The notes beneath the pieces are model-generated. The model was not told the origin of the DNA. It did not search any database and saw only the letters and a program-made list of their open reading frames with translations. Positions 9,670 through 19,729 of a stretch of 47,600 nt of DNA are shown piece after piece. Each line of letters starts with the position of its first letter. The first letter of the stretch is position 1. A program made the translations under genes and the position numbers. The DNA comes from Dehalococcoidia bacterium (lineage in GTDB: Bacteria > Chloroflexota > Dehalococcoidia > Lucifugimonadales > UBA3495): assembly GCA_030740155.1 (NCBI GenBank), contig JASLXV010000098.1, positions 1-47,600 of the forward strand, written 5' to 3'.

Positions 9670-10008
9670 CTAGTCGTCCAGGTGCACCGTGGCGGTCACC
9701 CTGGGCACGTCGCCCACCACCCTGGTGGTGTGTCCGTGGCCGGTCAGGTCTTCGGCCAGGTTCACGTCTCCCGGCCCCAGACGGTAGAGCGTTCCATCGG
9801 CCAACCCAATCTCGCCCGCGCCGGAGAGGGTGATTATGTATTGTCGCCGTGGCGCCAGGTGCCAGTCGCTAAATCTGCCGGGGGGTGACGCCCGGAACAC
9901 GATGGCCTTGGCGTTGTGGAGGGTGGTCCACGCGGGATGGGTGGTCGGGTCTATCTCCTCGATGTGGGACTCTCCATCGTCGCCCGAATAGAGTCTGATT
10001 GAACCCAT
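9670..10008 (-). CDS. Small cupin-domain protein
   Basis: RLYSGDDGESH, DWH.APRRQYIITLSG..EI...DG....GPGDV.LAEDLTGHGH. Confidence 0.85.
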   Translation of the reverse strand: MGSIRLYSGDDGESHIEEIDPTTHPAWTTLHNAKAIVFRASPPGRFSDWHLAPRRQYIITLSGAGEIGLADGTLYRLGPGDVNLAEDLTGHGHTTRVVGDVPRVTATVHLDD

Positions 10009-10313
10009 GACTCAGCCTCCTTGTCGTCAACTTGGCATTTAACCGTGAGAAGGAATTATAGCCTAAGCTTGGACCGGCGGGGGCTGCCTCTCTCCGGCTG
10101 CCCAGCGCGGGCCGCATTGGTCCGACGGTCCTGTTTAACACTTCGGGCCAACACCTCGGGGCCGCCTGGCCGGACCGGTTCACCAAGACCGGTTGAATGC
10201 AAGCCTTGGGCCTTGTCTTCGCACCTCCGGCCCAGGGTGTAGAATCACTATCACCGGAAATATGGCGTCGGCGGTTGATTACCAAGCCCCAACAGGGGCC
10301 TCGGCAGGCTGAT

Positions 10314-11921
10314 ATGGATGTAATTGAATCCAGGGCGCAACCCCAGAGTCCCCAGTTCGCGGAGAACCGGAAGAGCATGGCGGCGGTGGTGGCGGAGCTG
10401 AAAGACCGGTTGTCGGCGGTGCGAGAGGGGGGGAGCCCCCAGCGGGCGGAGCTGCACCGGGGCCGGGGCAAGATGCTGGTGCGGGACCGTATCGAAGCCC
10501 TCCTGGATCGTGACGCCCCCTTCCTGGAACTCAGTCCTCTTTCCGCCTGGGGTATGTACGACAACGAGGTGAACTCGGCGGGCATCGTCACCGGCGTCGG
10601 CGTGGTGCATGGAAAAGAGGTGGTGGTGGTGGCCAACGACGCCACCGTGAAGGGCGGCACCTACTACCCCATCACCGTGAAGAAGCACCTGCGAGCCCAG
10701 GAGATCGCCCTGGCGAACCACCTGCCCTGCATCTACCTGGTCGACTCGGGCGGCGCCTTTCTACCGCTGCAGGCCGAGGTGTTCCCGGACCGGGAGCATT
10801 TTGGACGCATTTTCCACAATCAAGCAAAGATGTCCGCCCAGGGGATTCCCCAGGTAGCGGTGGTCATGGGCTCCTGTACGGCGGGCGGCGCCTACATCCC
10901 CGCGATGAGCGACGAGGTGGTTATCGTTGGGGGTCAAGGCACCATCTTTCTGGCTGGTCCTCCCCTGGTGCTGGCCGCCACCGGCGAGGAGGTGGACGCC
11001 GAGACCCTGGGGGGCGCCGATGTCCACACCCGAATTTCGGGAGTCGCCGACCATTACGCGACCAGCGATGAGGATGCCCTGGCCATCACTCGCAACATCG
11101 TGGAAAACTTCGTGAGGCGGCGCAGCCCGCCCTTCGAGGTCATGACTCCGGAGCCGCCCGCCCACGATCCGGAAGAGCTGTACGGGATTATTTCAGCCGA
11201 CACCCGGCGGCAATACGATGTCCGGGAGGTGATCGCCCGCGTCGTCGATGGCAGCCGGTTTCACGAATTCAAAGCCAACTACGGCGAGACACTGGTGTGC
11301 GGCTTTGCTCGTATTTGGGGCTACCCCGTAGGCGTGGTGGCCAACAACGGGGTCTTGTTTTCGGAGAGCGCCTTGAAGGGGACCCACTTCATCGAGTTAT
11401 GTTCCCAACGGGGCATCCCCCTGCTCTTCTTGCAGAATATCAGCGGATTCATGGTGGGCCAGCAGTACGAAGCCGGGGGCATCGCCAAGGACGGCGCCAA
11501 GATGGTGATGGCGGTGTCCAACGCCGCCGTGCCCAAGTTCACCGTGGTAATCGGCGGCTCCTTTGGCGCTGGAAACTACGGCATGTGCGGGCGGGCCTAC
11601 GACCCCCGGTTCCTGTGGATGTGGCCCAACGCTCGTATCTCCGTCATGGGCGGGCCCCAGGCGGCGGCGGTCCTGGTGACCGTCCGGCAGCAGCAATTGG
11701 AACGGCAAGGCAAGTCCTTGAGCGAGGGTGAGCAGGAAGAGCTGCGCCGCCCGATTCTGGACAAATACGAGGAAGAGGGTAACCCATATTACAGCACCGC
11801 CAGATTGTGGGACGACGGCATCATCGATCCAGCCGATACCCGGACGGTGGTGGGCCTGGGTATAGCGGCGTCACTGAACGCCCCGTTTCCGGAACCGGGC
11901 TGGGGCGTGTTTCGAATGTAA
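10314..11921 (+). CDS. Methylcrotonyl-CoA carboxylase-type carboxyltransferase (beta) subunit
   Basis: [82 protein letters not shown] end. Confidence 0.95.
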   Translation: MDVIESRAQPQSPQFAENRKSMAAVVAELKDRLSAVREGGSPQRAELHRGRGKMLVRDRIEALLDRDAPFLELSPLSAWGMYDNEVNSAGIVTGVGVVHGKEVVVVANDATVKGGTYYPITVKKHLRAQEIALANHLPCIYLVDSGGAFLPLQAEVFPDREHFGRIFHNQAKMSAQGIPQVAVVMGSCTAGGAYIPAMSDEVVIVGGQGTIFLAGPPLVLAATGEEVDAETLGGADVHTRISGVADHYATSDEDALAITRNIVENFVRRRSPPFEVMTPEPPAHDPEELYGIISADTRRQYDVREVIARVVDGSRFHEFKANYGETLVCGFARIWGYPVGVVANNGVLFSESALKGTHFIELCSQRGIPLLFLQNISGFMVGQQYEAGGIAKDGAKMVMAVSNAAVPKFTVVIGGSFGAGNYGMCGRAYDPRFLWMWPNARISVMGGPQAAAVLVTVRQQQLERQGKSLSEGEQEELRRPILDKYEEEGNPYYSTARLWDDGIIDPADTRTVVGLGIAASLNAPFPEPGWGVFRM

Positions 11922-11947
11922 TGATCTCCCCGGAGCGGCGCGCGTCA

Positions 11948-12094
11948 AGAGCTGATCCAATAACCAGCCGCTGTGGTTCGACAGGCTCACCACGAACGGG
12001 AAAAACCATCCGTCCCGAGAACGGGAAAACACATTCGTCCCGGTCTTGTCGGAGGGGGATGAGTGGCCTCGTTTGGAGTTGTTGGTTAGGCCCT
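11948..12094. mobile_element. MITE-like element (same family as 43451..43582)
   Basis: Starts AGAGCTGATCCAATAAC, ends GTTGTTGGTTAGGCCCT (imperfect TIR); first ~50 bp nearly identical to 43451-43503. Confidence 0.65.
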
Positions 12095-12161
12095 ATCGCC
12101 CGCTGGTCCGGTCCCGGCGCCGGCTTTCAAGGTTGACGTTCCGCCGGATTCGGTCGAAAGG

Positions 12162-13676
12162 ATGTACTCCGAATTGTTCTCCAAGGTATTGGTAGCCAAC
12201 CGGGGCGAAATCGCCGTCAGGGTGCAGCAGACGCTGCAATCCCTGGGCATAGCCACGGTTGCCGTATATTCAGACCCCGATTCGACGGCTCCCCACGTGA
12301 CGATGGCCGATGAAGCCTGGGCCCTCGGCGGGGAGACCGCGGTGGAAACCTACCTGGATATGGAAAAGGTCATCGCCATCGCCCAGCGCTGCGGCGTCGA
12401 GGCCATTCATCCGGGCTACGGCTTCTTGTCGGAAGACCCGCGATTCGCCCGGGCCTGCGGAGAGGCGGGCATCACATTCATCGGGCCCACCCCAGAGAAC
12501 ATGGAGGCGCTGGGCGACAAGATACGCTCCAAGGAGTTGGCCCGGCGGGCGGGGGTACCGGTGGTGCCCAATTCCCCGCCCTGCAAGCAGGTAGACGCCG
12601 CCGTGGAGGAATTCGTCGCCACCTGGGGTTTCCCCCTGCTGGTCAAAGCCGCCGCCGGGGGTGGAGGCCGGGGCATGAGGCTGGTCGGCGGGCTTGAAGA
12701 GTTGGCTCCGGCTCTGGAGTCGGCCGGCCGTGAAGCCAGGGCCGCTTTCGGCGATTGCCGGGTGTTCCTGGAACGGTACGTCCCGCGGCCCCGCCACGTC
12801 GAATTTCAGGTGTTGGCCGACGGCTTGGGCAACACCGTTCACCTGCTGGAACGGGATTGCAGCATCCAACGCCGCTATCAAAAAATCATCGAAGAAACCC
12901 CCTCACCCGCCTTAACCCCGGAGCTGCGGCGCCGGATGGGAGAGGCTGCGGTCGCGGTGGCCCGGTCCGCCGGATACGTCAACGCCGGGACCGTGGAGTT
13001 CCTGCTGGACTCGGAGAACAGCCAATTCTACTTCCTGGAGATGAACACCCGGCTGCAGGTGGAGCATCCAATCACCGAGCAGGTGCTGGGTCTCGATCTG
13101 GTCGAGTGGCAGGTGCGCATCGCTTCTGGCGAGGAGTTGACCCTCAGGCAAGAAGAGGTTCACGCCAGGGGTCACGCGGTGGAGTGCCGTATCTATGCCG
13201 AAGACCCCTACCAGAATTTCGTCCCGTCGGTTGGCGCGTTGGTGAGATGGGTCCCGCCCAGCGGCCCCGGCTTGCGGCTGGACAGCGGGGTCGCCCAGGG
13301 ACAGGAGATATCCACCCATTACGACCCCATGCTGGCCAAATTGATCGCCTGGGGGCCGGACCGGCCGTCGAGTATGCGACGAATGGAGCTGGCATTGTCC
13401 CAATTCCCCGTCTTGGGATTGGTGACCAATATCCCGTTTTTGCGCCAGGTCGTCCGCTGCCCCCGGTTTCAGGAGGGAGACTACGACACCGGCTTTTTGA
13501 CCGGCGATTCCGGCGTTACGCGGCCGGAGCTGTCTCAAGAAGCCCAAAATCTCGCCCAGGCGCTGGCGGCATGGGCCGCGCAAGGAATCCCCGGCCCAGG
13601 GCCAACGCCTCAAGCAGGCCCCGCAGAGGCTCAGAGCAACCCGTGGCGCACCGCCGGCAAACTGAGGCTACCGTGA
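12162..13676 (+). CDS. Biotin carboxylase subunit of acyl-CoA carboxylase
   Basis: KVLVANRGEIAVR, IHPGYGFLSE, KAAAGGGGRGMR, ERDCSIQRRYQK, FLEMNTRLQVEHP, YDPMLAKLI. Confidence 0.95.
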   Translation: MYSELFSKVLVANRGEIAVRVQQTLQSLGIATVAVYSDPDSTAPHVTMADEAWALGGETAVETYLDMEKVIAIAQRCGVEAIHPGYGFLSEDPRFARACGEAGITFIGPTPENMEALGDKIRSKELARRAGVPVVPNSPPCKQVDAAVEEFVATWGFPLLVKAAAGGGGRGMRLVGGLEELAPALESAGREARAAFGDCRVFLERYVPRPRHVEFQVLADGLGNTVHLLERDCSIQRRYQKIIEETPSPALTPELRRRMGEAAVAVARSAGYVNAGTVEFLLDSENSQFYFLEMNTRLQVEHPITEQVLGLDLVEWQVRIASGEELTLRQEEVHARGHAVECRIYAEDPYQNFVPSVGALVRWVPPSGPGLRLDSGVAQGQEISTHYDPMLAKLIAWGPDRPSSMRRMELALSQFPVLGLVTNIPFLRQVVRCPRFQEGDYDTGFLTGDSGVTRPELSQEAQNLAQALAAWAAQGIPGPGPTPQAGPAEAQSNPWRTAGKLRLP

Positions 13677-14212
13677 GCCAGGGACAACTGCGACAACAAT
13701 ACCCGGTATCGGACCAGGCTTTCGAATACCGGGTGGAGACTCAGGATGAGACCGTGCGGGTGAACCTGGACGGCAATGAAACCGAGCTGGCGGTCACGGC
13801 CCAGGGCGCCCAGGAAGGATGGTGCCGTACTCCTGATGGCAACCTGCACTCCTTTCTCTGGACCTGGGCGGGAAGTGCCCTCCAACTGTGGGTGGACGGC
13901 GATCTGTTTATCTTTGAAAAGGTGGAAAGTAGACGGCAGGCAACCAGAGAGTCCGCCGGCCATGGCAACGATATCGTGGCGCCCATGCCCGGCAGGGTGG
14001 GACAAATATTGGTGCAGCCGGGGGACTCCGTGGAACGCGGCCAAACAGTGATCATCATGGAGTCCATGAAGATGGAGCTAGAGATCGCCGCCCAACGGGA
14101 CGGAGTGGTCAAACGGGTCACGGTAGAGCCGGGCGATCAGGTAGACAAAGGTTTGAGGTTGGTGGAGTTGGAGGAGCGGTTGGAGGCAGCCGGGCCGAAG
14201 GGCTCGGAATGA
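13673..14212 (+). CDS. Biotin carboxyl carrier protein with N-terminal BT-like region
   Basis: GTGA overlap with the upstream stop; APMPG...V.PGD.V..GQ...MESMKME biotinyl-Lys motif. Confidence 0.88.
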   Translation: MSQGQLRQQYPVSDQAFEYRVETQDETVRVNLDGNETELAVTAQGAQEGWCRTPDGNLHSFLWTWAGSALQLWVDGDLFIFEKVESRRQATRESAGHGNDIVAPMPGRVGQILVQPGDSVERGQTVIIMESMKMELEIAAQRDGVVKRVTVEPGDQVDKGLRLVELEERLEAAGPKGSE

Positions 14213-14623
14213 CAAGGATCAGCAATCAAGTCGACTGGGTACCGGCTTCGGTGGACCCAGAAACCTGCATGGGTGGTTCAGCGAGAGCCGTGTTTTGTTG
14301 GTTTGCATCATTACTTGCACCAGGCCACGTCTGCTCCTTGCCGCGGGTGCCCCACCAACACTCCCGCAACTGACGCCCCTTCCCCTCTCGTGAGTTTTCA
14401 TATCCCCGGATATTTCTCGTAGCCGCCGACGATCACCAGTCCGAAACAATCTCCGGCCTGGGTGCTCCCGCGTTGTTGACCTGCGTTGTTGACCCGCGTT
14501 GTTGAGATGAAGAAGACCGGGTATACTGCCCTTGCCCGCGCCGGAGACGGGGGCCTCAGGTGACCCCGCATGCCGCCTGGGCGCCGGCTCAGCGGAACAC
14601 GCAACCGGGAAGGAGAAGTGCCG

Positions 14624-15385
14624 ATGGACTTGGGACTGGCCGGAAAGGTAGCCTTCATCACCGGATCGGGACGCGGCATCGGCCGCGCCTTCGCCCTCGC
14701 CTTTGCCAAGGAAGGGGCCTCGGTGGTGGTGGTGGAGATCGACGCCCAGCGGGCCGAGGGGACCGCCACGGAGATCGCCCAGCAGGGCGGCCGGGCCCTG
14801 GCCGTACCTTGTGACGTGGGCGACTCGGCGCAGGTCGAGGACGCGGTCCAGCGGACCCTCCGGGAATTCGGTCAGATTGACATTCTGGTCAATGACGCCG
14901 TGAGTTCCCAACTTTCCGGCTCCCTGCTGGAGATGACCGACTTGCAGTGGGATGACAACTTCCGGGTCAACGTCAAAGGGAGCTTTTACTGCATCAAGGC
15001 GGTGGTGCCCCACATGATGGAGCGGCGCTACGGCAAGATTATCAGCATGGCGTCCATCGTGGGACGCCGAGGGTCGACACCTCCGACCTCGCCGGCCTAC
15101 GCGGGCTCCAAGGGGGCCGTCATCGCCCTGACGGCCAGCGCGGCCCGGGAGCTGGGGCCCCACAACATCAACGTCAACGCCATCGCTCCCGTCATGATCG
15201 ACACGCCGCGCTGGCGTGAAGTCCGTACCCCGGAGCAGATTGAGCAGGCGGCCAAGGGGCCTCCGCTCCAGCGCCTGGGAAAGCCGGAAGACCTGGCCGG
15301 GCTGGCGCTGCTGCTGGCCTCGGACGCCTCTTCATTCATCTCGGGGCAGACGATCACGGTGGATGGAGGGACCCTGTGCATGTAG
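14624..15385 (+). CDS. Short-chain dehydrogenase/reductase (FabG-like)
   Basis: ITGSGRGIG, IDILVND, YAGSK, VNAIAP, SGQTITVDGG; RBS AGGAG. Confidence 0.93.
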   Translation: MDLGLAGKVAFITGSGRGIGRAFALAFAKEGASVVVVEIDAQRAEGTATEIAQQGGRALAVPCDVGDSAQVEDAVQRTLREFGQIDILVNDAVSSQLSGSLLEMTDLQWDDNFRVNVKGSFYCIKAVVPHMMERRYGKIISMASIVGRRGSTPPTSPAYAGSKGAVIALTASAARELGPHNINVNAIAPVMIDTPRWREVRTPEQIEQAAKGPPLQRLGKPEDLAGLALLLASDASSFISGQTITVDGGTLCM

Positions 15386-15473
15386 GGCCGGAGTGCCGGC
15401 CGGACCTGCAGACCTTGAGACGGCTGCGATAGGGAATCCGGGTAGTCCACGAAACCGCGACAAGAGAGGAATC

Positions 15474-15884
15474 ATGCCGAAGGTTATCCCTGTAGCCGAT
15501 GAGTTGAGCAAGCCCTTCTGGGATGGGGTGAACGAAAAGCGGCTCGTCTTGCAGAACTGCTCAGCCTGCAACCGGCTCCAGTACCCTCCGCGGGAAAAGT
15601 GCGCCGCCTGTGGCTCCGCTGAGAAACTGGAATGGAAAGAGGTGAACGGCAGGGGCCGCATCTCCTCGTATATCGTCATCGAAGACGGCCGGCTGGACCG
15701 GCGCATGCCCGATCAACCCTACAATCTGGCCTTGATAATCCTCGATGAGGACCAGGACATCAACTTCTACTCCAACCTCCCGGGGGTGCCGGTCGACGAT
15801 GTCCCGGTTGGAGCCGCCGTCGAGGTTTTATTCGAAGAGGTAGCGCCGGGTCAATTGATCCACGAGTGGCGGGTGGCGACTTAG
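15474..15884 (+). CDS. DUF35 Zn-ribbon/OB-fold acyl-CoA-binding protein (ChsH2-C/BbsA-like)
   Basis: PFWDG...LVLQNCSAC...YPPREKCAACGS..LEW....GRG.I.SY, PY..A.I.L, VG..VEV.F. Confidence 0.9.
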   Translation: MPKVIPVADELSKPFWDGVNEKRLVLQNCSACNRLQYPPREKCAACGSAEKLEWKEVNGRGRISSYIVIEDGRLDRRMPDQPYNLALIILDEDQDINFYSNLPGVPVDDVPVGAAVEVLFEEVAPGQLIHEWRVAT

Positions 15885-15912
15885 CATTCAGTCAGCTTGA
15901 TTTCCGACAACC

Positions 15913-15937
15913 GTCATGCCGAGCCCCTCGGAATGAC
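15913..15937. repeat. Short GTCA-type palindrome
   Basis: GTCATGCCGAG-CCC-CTCGGAATGAC. Confidence 0.5.
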
Positions 15938-16044
15938 ATCCCGTCGGCAACAAGTTGACCGCGTACCGGCGCAACATGCGGAGTATTTGGGTTACTGACC
16001 CCGGCATAAGTACCTGAACAAGATAGAAGGTTGCCTGGCGCGGG

Positions 16045-16090
16045 AAATCCCCCTATATCCCCCTTTACAAAGGGGGACCGATGGGGTTTT
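16045..16090. repeat. ATCCCCCT..CCCCCTTT..AAGGGGG palindromic repeat family
   Basis: AAATCCCCCTATATCCCCCTTTACAAAGGGGGA; related copy at 32977-33022. Confidence 0.65.
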
Positions 16091-16179
16091 ACTCCCCGCG
16101 AGATTCAGCGGCCTGGTCACAGCGCAGCAGATCGATACGCCGGTGAGATACGATCCCAACCGGCAGGAAAGGGTGAGGA

Positions 16180-17496
16180 ATGACTTCTCAGAATCAATAC
16201 TCGTGGCGGAGGAACAAGGAAGGGCTCGGAATATGGGAGCACCGGGGCAAGGTGGCGGTCGCCGGATTTGGGCACTCCCCCGTTGACCGGCGCTGGGATG
16301 GCACTTCCATGGACCAGACCCTGGGCGCCTACTCGATTCTTGCCTGCCAGCGAGCCATGGAGGACGCGGGGGTTACCGCTGACCAGATCGACGGGGTCAT
16401 CTGCTGCCAATCTCATATCGCGGGCCCCAGCGGCGGCCTCGCCGGCAGATGGGCGCCGCGGCCCTACTTCGACCCGCCCTACGATTCAGAGTGGGGCCTC
16501 ACCCTGGTGAACGCGGAGTGGCTGATCAAGCAGATGGGATTGACCAACGTCAAATACGCCCCCACCGGTGTCCCGGCCATCGGAGAGATGATGGGCCTTG
16601 CCGCCCAGGCGGTGGGCGACGGGCTCTGCACCAATTGCCTGGTGATATACCCGACGGGGAATCTGGAAGGCCGCTATCGCCGGGGCGGAGAGAACGCCGA
16701 TGACTACGCCAAAGGCGCCCGCCAATGGACCGTTCCTTGGGGGAACCACGGGGGCAACGATTTCATCAACGCCTTCCCCCACGCCCAGTATTGCCTCAAA
16801 TATGGCGGGACCCACGACGATCTGGCCCCCTTCGTGGTAAACCAGAACCGGAACGGATTGATGTATCAGTGGGGGTTCAACTATACCCACAACCTGGAGC
16901 CGCTAACCGTGGAGGACTACGTGACCTCGCGGTATATCCTCAAGCCCCTCAGGCTGTGGGACTGCGACCGCCCGGTCAACGCGTCGGGGGCCTACCTCTT
17001 CACCACCGCCGACCGGGCCATGGATATGAAGCAACCGCCCGTCTACATCCTGAACCATGTCCAGCACAGCGCCCAGCAAAAGAGCACCCAGGCAGTCCTG
17101 GGCGAGCTGGAGGCGGAGACGGACCGCGTGGCCCGGATGATCTTCGAGGGCTCAGGGCTCGGTCCCAAAGACGTCGACATCTTCAACCCCTACGACGGCT
17201 ACTCCACCATGACCCAGTTCTGGCTGGAGGCATTTCAGTGGCATGGGGTGAAACGGGGAGACGCCTTCCAATTCTACGCCGACGATATCAGAGTCGAAGG
17301 GCCCCATCCCTTCAGCTCCGGCAGCGGGAACTTGGGGACCGGCCGCATGCGCACCGCCATGTGGACCGATAGCATTGAGCAGCTCCGGGGAACGGCGGGA
17401 CCGCGCCAGGTTACCGTGCGAGCCGAGACGGCGGTGGGCGGCTTTGGCCCGCCCCTCGGTGGCGGCTGGGTCATGTTCGGCAAGCACCCCAGCTAG
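16180..17496 (+). CDS. Thiolase-like protein (SCP2-thiolase/Ltp2-like)
   Basis: KVAVAGFG, AMEDAGV..DQIDG, PLTVEDY..SR.I..PLRLWDCD.PV, PYDGYS, GSGNLGTG; follows the DUF35 gene. Confidence 0.85.
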   Translation: MTSQNQYSWRRNKEGLGIWEHRGKVAVAGFGHSPVDRRWDGTSMDQTLGAYSILACQRAMEDAGVTADQIDGVICCQSHIAGPSGGLAGRWAPRPYFDPPYDSEWGLTLVNAEWLIKQMGLTNVKYAPTGVPAIGEMMGLAAQAVGDGLCTNCLVIYPTGNLEGRYRRGGENADDYAKGARQWTVPWGNHGGNDFINAFPHAQYCLKYGGTHDDLAPFVVNQNRNGLMYQWGFNYTHNLEPLTVEDYVTSRYILKPLRLWDCDRPVNASGAYLFTTADRAMDMKQPPVYILNHVQHSAQQKSTQAVLGELEAETDRVARMIFEGSGLGPKDVDIFNPYDGYSTMTQFWLEAFQWHGVKRGDAFQFYADDIRVEGPHPFSSGSGNLGTGRMRTAMWTDSIEQLRGTAGPRQVTVRAETAVGGFGPPLGGGWVMFGKHPS

Positions 17497-17597
17497 GCGC
17501 CTGCCAGGCTTCACCTTTCGCCCGAAGAAAGCCACCGCGGCTCAGGCGCCTCAAGCGAGCGCGGGGTGTTTCCGGCAAATTCAACGGAGGGCCACGT

Positions 17598-17951
17598 TTG
17601 GCGATACTGATAAGCTTTGATATAGACGGAACCCTGGAAATGGGCGACCCGCCCGGGCCGATCACGATGACCATGGTGAGAAAGGCCAAGGAGTTGGGAT
17701 TCATAATCGGGAGTTGCTCCGACCGGACGATCCGAAGCCAGCAGCGCATCTGGCAGGACAGTGACATACTGGTCGAATTTACCGTGCTCAAGCATCAACT
17801 GGACTCGGTGAAGGCAGAGTTCGACGCGGAAGAGTACTTCCACATCGGCGACACCACATTGGACCGTATGTACGCGGAGCGGTCCCGCTTCGAATACCTT
17901 TTGCCGGACGCCGCCGCTGCCCGGCTCTGGGACTTTCCAAACTCCACCTGA
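17598..17951 (+). CDS. Small HAD-family hydrolase-like protein
   Basis: ISFDIDGTL, GSCSDR, K, HIGDTTLD; TTG start after GGAGG. Confidence 0.8.
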   Translation: MAILISFDIDGTLEMGDPPGPITMTMVRKAKELGFIIGSCSDRTIRSQQRIWQDSDILVEFTVLKHQLDSVKAEFDAEEYFHIGDTTLDRMYAERSRFEYLLPDAAAARLWDFPNST

Positions 17952-18049
17952 CTCCGGGAACCGCCGCGGCTTGCCAAGTTTCCGTGCTGCCCGCCAATCC
18001 ATGGGCCGCACGTTGCCTCAAGTCTGTCAACCCGAGGAGCAAAGCGACG

Positions 18050-19309
18050 ATGCCCCAAAACGGAGTTCTTGCGGGAGTGCGGGTTCTCAGCCTGGAGCAG
18101 GTGCACGCTCTCCCTTGGGGCACGTCCTACCTGGCCGACCTGGGGGCTCAGGTTATCCGCATCGAAAGCGTCGCCCATCTCCAGGACCGCAAAGCCGGGC
18201 CGTTTCCGGAGGGCCGGGCGGGCGCTGAGTGGTGGAACGAGGGGGGAAACCTGGCCTACTACGGCACCCGCAACAAGCAGAGCCTTTGTCTGGATGTGAC
18301 GGACCCCCGTGGCAAGGAGGTCTTCCTCAAGCTGGCCCAAAACTGCGACATCGTCACCGATAACTTCCGGCCGGGGACCATGCATCGTTTCGGATTCGAC
18401 CACGACAGCCTGGCCGGCCTGAACTCCAGAATCATCACGTTGAGCTGCACCGCCTACGGTTATACCGGACCGTGGCGCCGGGCCGGCTCACGGGCCCGCA
18501 CCGTGGACGCGGCTTGTGGACTATCCTACCTTACCGGCTATGAGGATGGCCCTTCCCAGCGGGCCAGCAATAATTACATGGACCACTCGACGGGGAACAA
18601 CATTGCCTATGCGCTACTGCTGGCCCTGTATCAGCGCAACAAGACGGGCCAAGGTACGCGGGTTGACCTCACCATGCTGGAGACCGGCGTGTCCGCTATC
18701 GGGCCGGCCATCCTGGAGGCGCAACGAGGCATCTCCCGATCCCGCTTGGGCTGCGGCCATTTGTGGAAGTCACCCCACAACGTCTTCCCCTGCCGGGGCC
18801 AAGACCGCTGGATCACCATCGTTGTATCCACCGATGAGCAGTGGCGGCGGCTCAAGCAGGCCATGGGCGACCCGCCCTGGGCCGCGGATCCACGCTTCGA
18901 CGCGGTAGCAAGCCGCTGGCGGCACCGTCACGAGTTGGGCGAGCTTTTGGGAAAGTGGACCGAAACTCAGGACGATCAGGAGTTGATGCACCACCTTCAG
19001 GGTCACGGCATGGCAGCGGGCGCCGTGTTAACCGCCGAGGACCTGGTGGCCAACCCCCACCTCCGGGAGCGAGGCTATCTGGAGGAGTTCGAGAACGTCA
19101 ACGCTCCCCATGCCGGGCCGCGAACCTACGCCGGGCGTCCCTTCCGCATGCCGGGAGTCCCCCTGGCCATCAGACACGTCGCGTCGCTGGGCGAGCACAA
19201 TGAGGCGCTACTCCGGGAGCTTGCCAACCTGACCGATTCGGAGATAGCAAGCCTGGCTGACCAGGGGATAATTTCCAGCAGACCCCTACCGAACGAAGCG
19301 CCACCCTAG
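18050..19309 (+). CDS. Family III CoA-transferase with catalytic Asp (BbsF-like)
   Basis: LAGVRVL, LADLGAQVIRIES, RNKQSLCLD, DNFRPG, YMDH. Confidence 0.92.
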   Translation: MPQNGVLAGVRVLSLEQVHALPWGTSYLADLGAQVIRIESVAHLQDRKAGPFPEGRAGAEWWNEGGNLAYYGTRNKQSLCLDVTDPRGKEVFLKLAQNCDIVTDNFRPGTMHRFGFDHDSLAGLNSRIITLSCTAYGYTGPWRRAGSRARTVDAACGLSYLTGYEDGPSQRASNNYMDHSTGNNIAYALLLALYQRNKTGQGTRVDLTMLETGVSAIGPAILEAQRGISRSRLGCGHLWKSPHNVFPCRGQDRWITIVVSTDEQWRRLKQAMGDPPWAADPRFDAVASRWRHRHELGELLGKWTETQDDQELMHHLQGHGMAAGAVLTAEDLVANPHLRERGYLEEFENVNAPHAGPRTYAGRPFRMPGVPLAIRHVASLGEHNEALLRELANLTDSEIASLADQGIISSRPLPNEAPP

Positions 19310-19398
19310 CCCAGACACAATATGACAGTCAGGGTTGCCCGAGCATTGGACTCGCGGGGCGAAACACCCATATCCTGGTTCCACGGATCGACCGACAG

Positions 19399-19560
19399 CC
19401 CGTCTCAAGATTTTGGGTGCCGGCTACAGCGGTCCTTCGACGGGTCCGACTTCGTCGAGACTCTCGATGGAATCGGAGCTCAGGACGAACGGATAGAGCG
19501 CTCCCGCACCGTTCGCGGTGAGCTTGTCGAACCACCGGCCGAGGCAGGTTCTGAAATGGG
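19399..19560. mobile_element. MITE-like element with REP-type core
   Basis: CCCGTCTCAAGA ... TTCTGAAATGGG imperfect TIR around CCTTCGAC..GCTCAGGACGAACGG / CCGTTCGCGGTGAGCTTGTCGAACCA. Confidence 0.5.
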
Positions 19561-19577
19561 AGGCCCAGCCTTAATAT

Positions 19578-19677
19578 TGTCATTCCGAGGAGCGAGCGAC
19601 GAGGAATCTGGTGCGGGGCTTCGTCCATCGGAACCTGGACCCACCACTCCAGACCCCTCGCTTCACTCGGGGTGACA
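19578..19677. repeat. TGTCATTCCGAG...CTCGGGGTGACA palindromic repeat
   Basis: Same family as 24726 and 32845. Confidence 0.7.
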
Positions 19678-19729
19678 GGTTCCAGGGTACCTTTGAGGTG
19701 ATGCACCAAGCAGGGAAACGCCAATTAAT

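Noticed and set aside
12755..13672. N-terminal 306 codons of the 485-aa ORF
   Set aside because: Out-of-frame overlap with biotin carboxylase; only the part from GTG 13673 looks like a protein.
19322..19724. ORFs 19322..19675 and 19329..19724 (also 846..1049, 23898..24809, 32582..33232)
   Set aside because: Translations derive largely from palindromic repeats (e.g. VRQAHHER, SLRSLGMT-like peptides).
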